This document shows positions 10,108 to 19,289 of a stretch of 64,000 nucleotides of DNA, in pieces. The stretch covers positions 1,056,001 to 1,120,000 of the forward strand of contig OY970332.1 of the NCBI GenBank assembly GCA_963717435.1. Reading direction: 5' to 3'. This DNA comes from an uncultured bacterium. Its GTDB lineage: Bacteria > Babelota > Babeliae > Babelales > Babelaceae. The notes under the pieces were generated by a model. That model saw only the letters and a list, made by a program, of their open reading frames with translations, ran no database searches and was not told where the DNA came from. The position numbers and the translations under genes are program-made. Position 1 is the stretch's first letter. Each line of letters opens with the position of its first letter.

Positions 10108-10392
10108 ATGGAATATTTTTTTGTTTATATTCTTAAATGTGCTGATGGTTCATATTATGTGGGCCATACGGATAATATTGAAAAAAGAATTATAGAACAC
10201 AAAAGTGGTACTCATAAGGGATTTACATCTAGACGTCTGCCGGTAAAATTAGTTTTTCAACAAGAATTTGAATCTAGGGATGCAGCATTCGTTGCAGAAA
10301 GAAAAATAAAGGAATGGTCACGCAAGAAAAAAGAGGCGCTAATAAAAAGAGATTTTGATTTATTGTCTGAGTTTTCAAAAAAGAAATTTTAA
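10108..10392 (+). CDS. GIY-YIG nuclease, small stand-alone UPF0213/YhbQ-like
   Basis: FVYILKCADGSYYVGHT, R..EH, FT..R.P, AE..IK..SR..K..LI motifs; the extension from 9994 is translated repeat, so ATG 10108 is the likely start. Confidence 0.9.
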   Translation: MEYFFVYILKCADGSYYVGHTDNIEKRIIEHKSGTHKGFTSRRLPVKLVFQQEFESRDAAFVAERKIKEWSRKKKEALIKRDFDLLSEFSKKKF

Positions 10393-10408
10393 TCTTTTTC
10401 AATCTGCC

Positions 10409-10469
10409 CGCCATCCCTCGATACATTCTACTTCGCCAAGGCTTCGTAGAACACTCGGGACGAGCGGTT
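10409..10469 (-). repeat. Structured palindromic repeat, right flank (inverted)
   Basis: Reverse complement: aaccgctcgtcccgagtg-ttctacgaagccttggcgaagtagaa-tgtatcgagggatgg. Confidence 0.9.
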
Positions 10470-10498
10470 GTTTAGCTATACAATTTACGTAAAACTAC

Positions 10499-10538
10499 CA
10501 AGTAAAAACGGGACTTTTTAGGGTCCCGTTTTTACTTG
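10499..10538. terminator. Bidirectional intrinsic terminator
   Basis: caagtaaaaacgggac...gtcccgtttttacttg long inverted repeat. Confidence 0.75.
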
Positions 10539-10547
10539 CACTAAACT

Positions 10548-11054
10548 TTATTGCTCTTCTTCTTCATCCATTCTATCTTCTTCATCAACCGTCATAATAT
10601 TCATGATCGAAACCGCCATAAATACCGGACGAAGTTCATCAAGAGCCGAAAAATCAAACTCTTCTTCTGACATCATTTCTTCTAATTTTGCTTCAAACTG
10701 TTCATATTTTGCAAAGCGCTCGTCAGCCAATTTTAACCAGTTTCCGGTTTTGATTATATCTTTAAGAGTTTGTTCAAGTTCTTTTCCAAATTTAACAAAT
10801 TCAGCAAGACCGCCCTCTTTTTCCATGAATATAGAAAGTCCCGCCCTTGCAGCTGCAAGTCTGCCAATTAAACCGTTTTTAACAGTTTTATCAACATTTT
10901 CCAAAAGCAATACTCCCTTAATTAAAACCTCTGTCTCTTCGTAGATGGTCATGATCCCGTAGTTTTGCTCAAAGAGATACGCCCATTCAACATCTATCTG
11001 ATTGTTTTTAAAATCATTTAAAAAATCAAAAAGCTCTTGTTTCAATTCTGACAT
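10548..11054 (-). CDS. Acidic hypothetical protein
   Basis: 168-aa ORF with AAGGA RBS and downstream terminator. Confidence 0.7.
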   Translation of the reverse strand: MSELKQELFDFLNDFKNNQIDVEWAYLFEQNYGIMTIYEETEVLIKGVLLLENVDKTVKNGLIGRLAAARAGLSIFMEKEGGLAEFVKFGKELEQTLKDIIKTGNWLKLADERFAKYEQFEAKLEEMMSEEEFDFSALDELRPVFMAVSIMNIMTVDEEDRMDEEEEQ

Positions 11055-11217
11055 AGTTGTTCCTTAGAGTATTATTTTTAGCGTGTTAAAAGTTTTAATT
11101 TTAAGCAATTATAGCAAAAGAAAAGTTATAAATCTTGAAAATTTTAAATAATTAAAGCTTAAATGAAATTATCAAGCAGGGGTAATTTATAAAAAGTCTA
11201 TTATTGGGGGGAACAAT

Positions 11218-12412
11218 ATGGGGACCATTGGGACGCATAAAATATTTACTATAATATTATTAGTTATTTTTAATATCTTTTGGGGCCCAATTTACGGGCT
11301 ATATTTTTCAGAACTTGAAGAAGAATTTTCTATGTTGCAAAATATAGAACCTGGGACAGAAGAAGACGAAATAGAACTGGAAGAAATTAATGGCAATTCG
11401 GAAGAAAACAAAAAAGCATTATGTGAAGAGTTTTTCCCAATAGAAAAGCTTCCCACAGAGTTAATAATATTTATAGCAAGTTTATTACTTAAATCAGAAA
11501 ATGCTGAAAATTCTTGCACGAATATTTATGCCGATATTGCTAGTTTTTTAATAACATGCAAAAAATTTTATGCACTAAAAAATAATATAAATAAGTTGGT
11601 TATAGAAAATCTCGACGGGCATAATTACAAATTATTAAGCGCAAGATTAGAGCTAATAAAAAAAGACAAATCCCGAAGCGGATTTGGTACACGTGGCCGT
11701 TAAATTTGAAAACAAAAATTGGTTAACTTTGTGGGTTTTAAAAAATATAATCGGGCCCAGAGATTTGCAAGAGAAAGATGTTTTTGAAAAAAGCTTAAAA
11801 ATCTTAAATATAAAAGACACGTTGGATAGAACACCTCTCCATACGGCAGCATATAGCAATAAACCCAGAATCATTTATATGCTGGCAAAATTGGGGGCAG
11901 ACTTGGAATTCCAAGAATTTAGGGGTAACACGCCATTACATTTTACTGTATTTAAAGGCAGCGCAAACTCTGCGCACATGCTTTTAAAACTGGGCGCAAA
12001 CGTTGATGCAAGAAATAAAAGTAATCGCACGCCGCTGCATAGAGCTTGTTTTAAAGACTGTTTTGAAATGGTAAATCTTTTTTTAAAATTTAAAGCGGAT
12101 CCAAACGCACGGGATAATATAAATCGAACGCCATTACATGAAACCGCTACTAAGAACAGCTGGAAGTCTGTGCCGTTATTATTAAAATTTGGCGCCAACC
12201 CCAATTTGCCAGATTCTCAGGGTAATACGGCTTTGCATGAAGCTGCGCGTTTTGGAAGCACAGAAGTCGTCGGGCTGTTAGTGCGTGCAGGGGCAAATAA
12301 ATCTATTTTAAACTTAGCAATGGAAACTCCCGCCCAGGTTGCCATAAATAACGGCTATACTGATCTTGCTAGAATTATTGAGCCCAATACCAGTGATTGC
12401 AAAATTGTGTGA
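11218..12412 (+). CDS. Signal peptide + F-box-like + ankyrin repeats + CaaX protein, split by a +1 frameshift at the A run ~11659-11665
   Basis: ORFs 11218-11703 and 11684-12412 join if one A is removed (ATA AAA AAG ACA AAT CCC GAA GCG GAT TTG); IEKLPTELIIFIASLL..LITCKKF; five TPLH/TALH repeats; ends CKIV. Confidence 0.75.
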
Positions 12413-12414
12413 AT

Positions 12415-13863
12415 CTAATAAGCTTTTGCGACCAAAATATCAGTCGGGCTAGATGCGTCGCAATTAAAGCAAGTTTTGTTTTTATGCTCGTTAATCAAGC
12501 ATCTGATTGTTGCTTTTCGCTGTTTCAGTTGCTCTTCGCATTCAGATTTACCGCACCAACCGGTTTGATAAAAGCCACCGTTATCTTCCAGATTTTTTTC
12601 AAAATCTTTTAATTTGCCAACAACGTGCCACTTTGATTGCACCTGTTTTTTGGAGCGTTCGTAAAGCTCTTTTTGAATATTATCGAGTTTATTGGAAATT
12701 TTTTCCTGCAAAATATCAAGACTTATAATATCTTTTGATGTCCCAAGTCTGTCAACCGCAACAACTTGATTTGCCGCAATATCGCGAGGTCCAACCTCTA
12801 TTCTTAACGGGACCCCTTTTAATTCCCAATTATAAAATTTGGATCCTGGGGTATGCTCAGTAGAATCATCAACAAAAACTCTAAATTGATTTAATTTTTT
12901 AGCCAGGTTATGCGCAAAGTTTTTTATATCTTCGATTTCTGACTCTGAACCACGATAAATTGGTATTATAACTACCTGTATTGGTGCAATTTTTGGTGGA
13001 ATTACAAGACCTTTACTGTCGCCGTGGGACATAACAAGTGCACCGACCAATCTTGTTGTTGCTCCCCAGCTTGTTAAATATGGATAAGCGATCTGCCCAG
13101 ATCTATCTTGAAACGTCATGCCAAAAGATTTTGCAAAACTTTGGGAAATTAAATGCGATGTACACATTTGAAGTGCGCGGCCATCAAGCATCAGCCCTTC
13201 AACTGTATAAGTTTTATCTGCGCCTGCAAATCTTTCACTTTCTGATTTTTGGCCCTTAATTGCATATATGGCCATATGATTTGTTATTAGATCGTAATAT
13301 TGATCCAACATGGTCGCAACTTCTTGTTCGGCTTCTTCAAGCGTTTCATGGGCCGTGTGTCCTTCTTGCCACAAAAATTCTGTTGTTCTTAAGAATGGGC
13401 GCGTTCTCATCTCCCATCTTACTACGTTTGCCCACTGGTTAATCTTTAACGGCAAATCGCGCCATGATCTTAACCATCTTGCAAACATATAATGGATCAT
13501 GGTCTCAGATGTGGGACGCACAACAAGCTTTTCTTCAAGTTCTTTGCCTCCCGCAAATGTCACAACCGCAACTTCAGGAGCAAAACCCTCGACATGCTTG
13601 GCTTCTTTTTTTAGAAACTCTTCTGGAATAAACAATGGGAAATATGCGTTTTGATGCCCGGTCTCTTTAATTTTTTTATCTAATATGTCACTAATATTTT
13701 CCCAAATTGCGTAGCCATATGGCCTGATTACAATGCAACCCCTGACCGGAGATTGATCGGCCAGTTCTGCTTGATATATAACCTCTTGGTACCACTCTGG
13801 AAAGTTGGCATTAATATCAGGGAGTTTTTTTAAATCAGAAGCTTTTTTTGCGTTGTTTGACAT
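12415..13863 (-). CDS. proS: Proline--tRNA ligase (archaeal/eukaryotic type)
   Basis: WY.EVI..AEL, RPTSET, RWEMRTRPFLRTTEFLWQEGHT; C-terminal AKAY. Confidence 0.97.
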   Translation of the reverse strand: MSNNAKKASDLKKLPDINANFPEWYQEVIYQAELADQSPVRGCIVIRPYGYAIWENISDILDKKIKETGHQNAYFPLFIPEEFLKKEAKHVEGFAPEVAVVTFAGGKELEEKLVVRPTSETMIHYMFARWLRSWRDLPLKINQWANVVRWEMRTRPFLRTTEFLWQEGHTAHETLEEAEQEVATMLDQYYDLITNHMAIYAIKGQKSESERFAGADKTYTVEGLMLDGRALQMCTSHLISQSFAKSFGMTFQDRSGQIAYPYLTSWGATTRLVGALVMSHGDSKGLVIPPKIAPIQVVIIPIYRGSESEIEDIKNFAHNLAKKLNQFRVFVDDSTEHTPGSKFYNWELKGVPLRIEVGPRDIAANQVVAVDRLGTSKDIISLDILQEKISNKLDNIQKELYERSKKQVQSKWHVVGKLKDFEKNLEDNGGFYQTGWCGKSECEEQLKQRKATIRCLINEHKNKTCFNCDASSPTDILVAKAY

Positions 13864-14061
13864 ATTAGGACCAATAAAAAATTAAATTAAATAAGAGACA
13901 CAAAATAATTAAACTAATTATAGAATAATTATTAAACTCTTTCAAAAAATAGATTTAACCCCCTAAATCAATTATGTGTATAAAATTATAAAATTTTGTA
14001 AAATTATTTTTACCTATATAATTATATAACTATAAAAAATTACTCACGTAAAAAGAGGCAT

Positions 14062-15255
14062 TTGATGGAAACAGAATTACTTAAAAGTAACAGCTTGGGA
14101 AAAAGCGCAAATAAAAATACAAGCACGGACATAAACCCAAATAAATTTATCGTGGACCAAAAATCTCTTGTCAGCCTGCTCACTTCTATGCAGCCAATAT
14201 GCACAAAGCGAACCGCGATAGATTCGACATCTTCTGTATTGTTTCAAGTGGGAAACAAAGAACTAATATTAAAAAGCACAGATCTTGAAATAAGTTTGCA
14301 AGCAAGTTGTGCGCTATCTGAAAGTAGCTTTACAGAGAACCAGTCTTTTTTGGTTCCAGGAAAACGCATATTTGATGTTGTAAAAGAACTAGATGATAAT
14401 ATCACCTGTTCCGTTGAAAGTAATCAACTTACATTAAAATCTAACGGCGTAAATTTGGCGCTTAATATTAAAGATGCGCAAGAGTTTCCTCCATTTCCGG
14501 AGCGCATAGAAAACTTAATGCATATAAACGCAACAAATTTAAGAAACATGCTTGATGACGTTGCATTCTTGATACCACAAAATAATGCAAACTCTGCACT
14601 TAACGGGCTCTTATTAGAGATATCGGCAAAAGAATTTTCTATGACAGCGACAGACGGTCACTGCTTGGCGCGAGTAAGCAACACAACTTATACACTTTCA
14701 GAAACAAAGTCTTGGCTATTACCACGAAGAGCAATATTTGAGTTAAAAAAGATTTTGGAATCTTCACAAGACAATACTGTATTTTTGGGTATCTGCGGAA
14801 ACCAACTTGTGTTTTCTGGCGAGTCTTTTAATTTCTTTACAAAATTACTTGCAGATCCATTTCCAAATTATAGACCAATACTTGATAGGACAGATTTTGT
14901 TACGGCCAGCTTAGACAGAACAAGATTTATTAAGACACTACGCAGATCAGTTTCGCTTTTATCTGGGCAATTTATTGCAACAAAATTTAATTTCTCTTCT
15001 GATGGACTTAAAGTATCAATGAACAACAAAGAAGTTGGTATGCTTGACGAGCACATGCCCGTTGCAAACTATTCAGGATCAGAACTTGAAGTTAGATTTT
15101 ATGCGCCTTATTTGTTAAGTGGGATTCAAGTCATTGAGACTGAACTCGTTAAATTTTATTTAAAGAATGGCGCGAAGCCGATTATTTTTGAATCTGATGG
15201 CGAGTCGTTTAATACAACTTATTTGGTTATGCCTGTTTCAAACACTACTAAATAG
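14062..15255 (+). CDS. dnaN: DNA polymerase III beta sliding clamp
   Basis: STDLEI, ATDGH.LA, FPNY, YLVMPV; followed by recF. Confidence 0.95.
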   Translation: MMETELLKSNSLGKSANKNTSTDINPNKFIVDQKSLVSLLTSMQPICTKRTAIDSTSSVLFQVGNKELILKSTDLEISLQASCALSESSFTENQSFLVPGKRIFDVVKELDDNITCSVESNQLTLKSNGVNLALNIKDAQEFPPFPERIENLMHINATNLRNMLDDVAFLIPQNNANSALNGLLLEISAKEFSMTATDGHCLARVSNTTYTLSETKSWLLPRRAIFELKKILESSQDNTVFLGICGNQLVFSGESFNFFTKLLADPFPNYRPILDRTDFVTASLDRTRFIKTLRRSVSLLSGQFIATKFNFSSDGLKVSMNNKEVGMLDEHMPVANYSGSELEVRFYAPYLLSGIQVIETELVKFYLKNGAKPIIFESDGESFNTTYLVMPVSNTTK

Positions 15256-15280
15256 TTTAAACTAATTAAATAAATTTATT

Positions 15281-16369
15281 GTGTATATAACAAAACTAGA
15301 ACTAAAAAATTTTAGATGTTTTAGCAGCAAGTCTTTGCACTTTGAAAAAAACATCTCTTGCATATTGGGGCCGAACGGCATAGGAAAAACTTCTGTGCTT
15401 GAGGCTCTCCATTATGCCTGTTACTTTAAATCTTTTAAGGCAAGCTCCCCCAAAGAGCTTGTTAAAATCAATTCCCCTGGATTTGCTATTAAAATAGATC
15501 TTCAAGATTTATCTTCTGGGGATTTTGATAGTTTAAATATTAATTTTGCTGACGGAAAAAGAGTTATCAAATTTAATAACAATCAAGTTGCATCTTTTAA
15601 AGATCATTTTTCACGATACACAACCGTAACTTTAACGGAAGATGATCTTGAATTAATTAAAGGGGCCCCTGAGGTTAGGCGAACTTTTATAGACCAGTTA
15701 TTAATAGTGGACGATCCCGGATATGCAACTTTATTGCGCAAATTTCGACAAATCTTAGAAAACCGAAACGCGCTTCTTGAAAATTTTAATGGCAAGCGCG
15801 AGATGCGTGAGACGCGTGAAATGTACGAGCTCTGGACAAAGCAACTATGGGAAATAACTATACTAATTAGAAAGCTTAGACTTGAGGGGTTAAAAAATCT
15901 TCAAAATGAGTTTAATTTTTTAATTGAGAATACACTTCAGGGTGACTTTTCTATACAACTGGATTATTCAGGCGATATTGGTGAAAATTTTCAGGATTTT
16001 TACGACAATCTATTAATTACAAAATATTCACGCGAATGCGCCTCGGGTCGGTCACTATTTGGCGTCCATCTTGACGATTTTAATATAATATTTAAGCAAA
16101 AATCTTCAAGAATTTATGCGTCCAGAGGGCAACAGAAACTAATAGTATTATTCTTGAAGCTTGCCCAGCTTAAACTGATCTCAAAAAAGTACTCAAAAAC
16201 AGTATTATTATTAGACGATTTCATGACCGATTTTGATGACCAGATAATAGCCAGTATTATCCCTGCCTTAACCGGCCTTGCAAACCAGCTGATTTTTACC
16301 GCCCCCTCTGAAAAAAACCTTATAAATTCAAGTCTAAGCATGCTTGAACCGCAGCTCCTGCGGCTCTAA
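15281..16369 (+). CDS. recF: DNA replication/repair protein RecF
   Basis: NFR, GPNGIGKTS.LEA, ASRGQQK, LLLDD. Confidence 0.95.
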   Translation: MYITKLELKNFRCFSSKSLHFEKNISCILGPNGIGKTSVLEALHYACYFKSFKASSPKELVKINSPGFAIKIDLQDLSSGDFDSLNINFADGKRVIKFNNNQVASFKDHFSRYTTVTLTEDDLELIKGAPEVRRTFIDQLLIVDDPGYATLLRKFRQILENRNALLENFNGKREMRETREMYELWTKQLWEITILIRKLRLEGLKNLQNEFNFLIENTLQGDFSIQLDYSGDIGENFQDFYDNLLITKYSRECASGRSLFGVHLDDFNIIFKQKSSRIYASRGQQKLIVLFLKLAQLKLISKKYSKTVLLLDDFMTDFDDQIIASIIPALTGLANQLIFTAPSEKNLINSSLSMLEPQLLRL

Positions 16370-16461
16370 ACCGGCTATTTTGCGTGATATAATTATTCTT
16401 GACAAACATGACATAAATTCCAAATATTGCCATACTTACAGGCTTTTTTTGATATTTATGT

Positions 16462-16489
16462 TTGACATTTTTATAATTATCTTCATAAT
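16462..16489 (+). promoter_or_regulatory. Candidate sigma70 promoter
   Basis: TTGACA-N16-CATAAT. Confidence 0.45.
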
Positions 16490-16495
16490 TATTAT

Positions 16496-16615
16496 TACTT
16501 AGGCAGTCAGAAATCATATCGGGCTATAACCCCTGCCAAGTGATTCGATTAGGCTTCATTACTACTCTCCTTTTTTCCACCGCATTGAGTAAAATCAGTG
16601 CGGTGGTTTGTTTTT
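16496..16615 (+). ncRNA. Candidate small RNA
   Basis: Promoter-like element upstream, 5' hairpin, CU-rich linker, terminator ccaccgcattga-gtaaaa-tcagtgcggtgg + T-rich tail. Confidence 0.4.
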
Positions 16616-16632
16616 GTCGATTTTGTGGGTAA

Positions 16633-17121
16633 TCAGATCCGGCGCCAGGCGGCGCAAAGTGCGATAGCAAGAGCATCTGTAACATCGAGCTTATCTGGCA
16701 TTTTTACACCCATAAAAAGTCTTAACACCACCCTTGCAACCTGTTCCTTATCCGCCCCTCCAAATCCTGTAACTGCCAGTTTAATTTCACTGGGAGAAAA
16801 CTCATGCAAGTTAAGCTTATTTTGGGACGCTAGCAGGTATAAAGTTCCCCTTAAATAGCCAAGTTTTAGGAAGTTTTGGGCATTTTTACCCAAAAAACTG
16901 GTCTCAAGTGCTATATCTGTAATTTTGTGTTGATTTATCTTCTGAAGAATAAAATTATAAAACTGTTCGACTCTGTTGGGCAGTGGGTCCGTGGGTTTCA
17001 TCTTTAGGGCCCCCAGGTCCAAAAGCGATATTTTACTACCCTCTTTTTTAAGAATCGCAAAACCGGTGCAAGAAAAGCCCGGGTCGATCCCCAAAATTAT
17101 TTTATTTAGATTGGTCGTCAT
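16633..17121 (-). CDS. ruvC: Holliday junction resolvase RuvC
   Basis: ILGIDPG, IKLAVTGFGGADKEQV, DVTDALAIA. Confidence 0.97.
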   Translation of the reverse strand: MTTNLNKIILGIDPGFSCTGFAILKKEGSKISLLDLGALKMKPTDPLPNRVEQFYNFILQKINQHKITDIALETSFLGKNAQNFLKLGYLRGTLYLLASQNKLNLHEFSPSEIKLAVTGFGGADKEQVARVVLRLFMGVKMPDKLDVTDALAIALCAAWRRI

Positions 17122-17166
17122 AACCCTCTCCAGTTATTACCCAATTACTAATTATTAAGCATTTAG

Positions 17167-17245
17167 GAGTTGGTTTATCAGGCGGCGCTCCTAGCCGTCG
17201 AGCGCAAGCAAAAGACGGCGACGGACAAAGCCTATAAACCAACTC
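17167..17245. repeat. Composite GC-rich palindrome
   Basis: gagttggtttat...ataaaccaactc enclosing aggc/gcct and gccgtc/gacggc stems. Confidence 0.7.
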
Positions 17246-17256
17246 GAGAATCTATT

Positions 17257-18635
17257 TTATCCCTCGTCATCAAATCGGGTTAATTCTCTAACATAATTTA
17301 AAAATACTGTGCCGGTTGGACCATTACGCTGCTTTCCTATAATAAGTTCAGACAAAGCGGGATTGTCAGTATCCGGGTTATAAACTATATCCCTATATAA
17401 AAACATAATAAGATCCGCATCCTGCTCAATCGCACCCGATTCACGCAAATCCGAAAGCATGGGCCGCTTATCCATACGCGCATCAACTGCACGAGAAAGC
17501 TGGGACAGGGCCAATATCGGGATTCCTAATTCCTTAGCCAAAGACTTCAATGATCTAGAGATATCAGAAACTTCCTGATGACGATTTTCATGTTTTCTAT
17601 GGGAATGAATCAACTGCAGATAGTCGATTATCAAAAACTGCAAATTATGCTCGATTTTTAATTTACGTGCCTTTGCTCGAACATCTGCAATACTCTGAAC
17701 AGCCGTATCATCGATAAATATATTAAGCTGAGACAATCTGCCAGCAGAATGCGTAAGCTCCAACCACTCATCAGATGTAATTGTCGCATTACGAATATTC
17801 TGGTGAGAAACTCCAGAATCGCAAGACAAAAGTCGGAGAGCCAACTGCTCCGCTGACATTTCTAATGACAAAAATCCAAGTGAAGTATTATTCCCGGAAG
17901 CAGCATTATGCGCAATCGACAACGCAAGTGCAGTTTTACCCATAGATGGCCTGGCTGCCAAAACAATAAAATCACCCTTTTGAAACCCTGAAGTAAATTC
18001 GTCCAGTTTTTTAAATCCTGAAGAAACTCCAGTGATCCCCCTGCTGTTACCCTTGATATCAGAAAGATGCTGAAAAGTTTTTTTCAGCCAAATAGTTAAC
18101 TGAACAAATTTGACTTGGTACGTTGTTCAGAAATCTGAAAAATAACTTTTTCAGCTTCATCCAAGACACTTTCGATCTCTTTGTCATTCTGGTCATAACA
18201 GTTGGTAATAATTTGGGTAGCAGAAGAGATAAGCTCTCTTAATACTGACTTGTCTTTTATAATTTGGGCATGTTGTTCAATAAGACCCAGTGCAGGAATC
18301 TCTTCTTGCAAAGAAAGCAGATAGACAATTCCGCCAATGGCATCAAGTTGCGCCATTTTATCAAGTTCATCTTGCAACGTCACAATATCAACACGCTGGT
18401 TGCGCGTTGTAATATTCAACATTGCCTGAAAAATTGTCTTATTAGACGGAGTATAAAAATCACTAGGCGCAAGCATCTCCAAAATATTATTTAACGTTGA
18501 GTCGTTAAGTAATATTGCACCCAAAACTGCCCGTTCAGCTTCTAAGCTAAACGGCAATCTTTTGCCCAATATTTTTTCCGCAACTACAAGTTTATTTTTT
18601 TCGGCCGCTTGCTTAAAAAACTCTTTTTTTTGCAT
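17257..18635 (-). CDS. dnaB: Replicative DNA helicase, one frameshift at ~18105-18111
   Basis: N-domain ORF 18096-18635; the shifted frame continues ..VQLTIWLKKTFQHL..GITGVSSGF..LAARPSMGKT..SDLRESGAIEQDAD. Confidence 0.92.
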
Positions 18636-18637
18636 TT

Positions 18638-19108
18638 TTAAGCTTGCTGACGCTCTTCTGGAACAACTTTAAGTTTTACTTCTGGCTGCAACTTAGAAGA
18701 TAATTTGATTACTATCTGATAAGACCCTTTTGATTTTATGTTCTTATCAAGAACAACTTGGTTTTTAGCAACGCTTACACCTTTTTCAGATAACAGATCC
18801 ACTATCTCTTGTGGTGCAACTGAACCATAAAGCTGGTCGCCATTGTGCATCTTGCGTTTTAACACAAGCTCTAAAGACTTAATTTTTTCTGCCAACATAG
18901 AGGTCTTTGTCGCAACAACTTCTTTTCTTTGAGCGACAACTTTGATGCGCTTTGTAAGACCGGATTCATTCTCAGGGGTCACTTCAAGGGCGAGTTTTTT
19001 GGCTATCAGAAAGTTTCTACCAAAACCTTCGTTAACTTTTATAATCTCACCGGCCATGCCCACTTTTTCAATATCTTTTAATAAAAAAACTTTCATAATC
19101 TTCTCCAA
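18638..19108 (-). CDS. rplI: 50S ribosomal protein L9
   Basis: MKVFLLKDIEKVGMAGEIIKVNEGFGRNFL, LYGSV; upstream of dnaB. Confidence 0.96.
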   Translation of the reverse strand: MEKIMKVFLLKDIEKVGMAGEIIKVNEGFGRNFLIAKKLALEVTPENESGLTKRIKVVAQRKEVVATKTSMLAEKIKSLELVLKRKMHNGDQLYGSVAPQEIVDLLSEKGVSVAKNQVVLDKNIKSKGSYQIVIKLSSKLQPEVKLKVVPEERQQA

Positions 19109-19289
19109 CTGGATTGCAAAACAGGGAAATATATTCTAGTAAACAGTATAAACTAATAAACCCTGTCGATCAAAAAATATATAGCCAAAATCTGTATCTA
19201 AATGTTTTATTGATTTTTAATTTTTATATTAAGTAAGCTTTAACAGTAAAATTTGTAACTATATAAATAGAAAATAAGTCGAGGGGATT

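Noticed and set aside
7258-10469. Prophage or classical integron
   Set aside because: No phage structural genes or tRNA att site; no evident IntI-specific insertion; recombinase is convergent with the array.
13864-14061. oriC upstream of dnaN
   Set aside because: AT-rich but only one DnaA-box match; insufficient.
16320-16559. Stop-codon readthrough ORF (TAG at 16524-16526 in frame with the 65-aa ORF)
   Set aside because: The downstream part is low-complexity, overlaps recF antisense, and there is no other sign of recoding.
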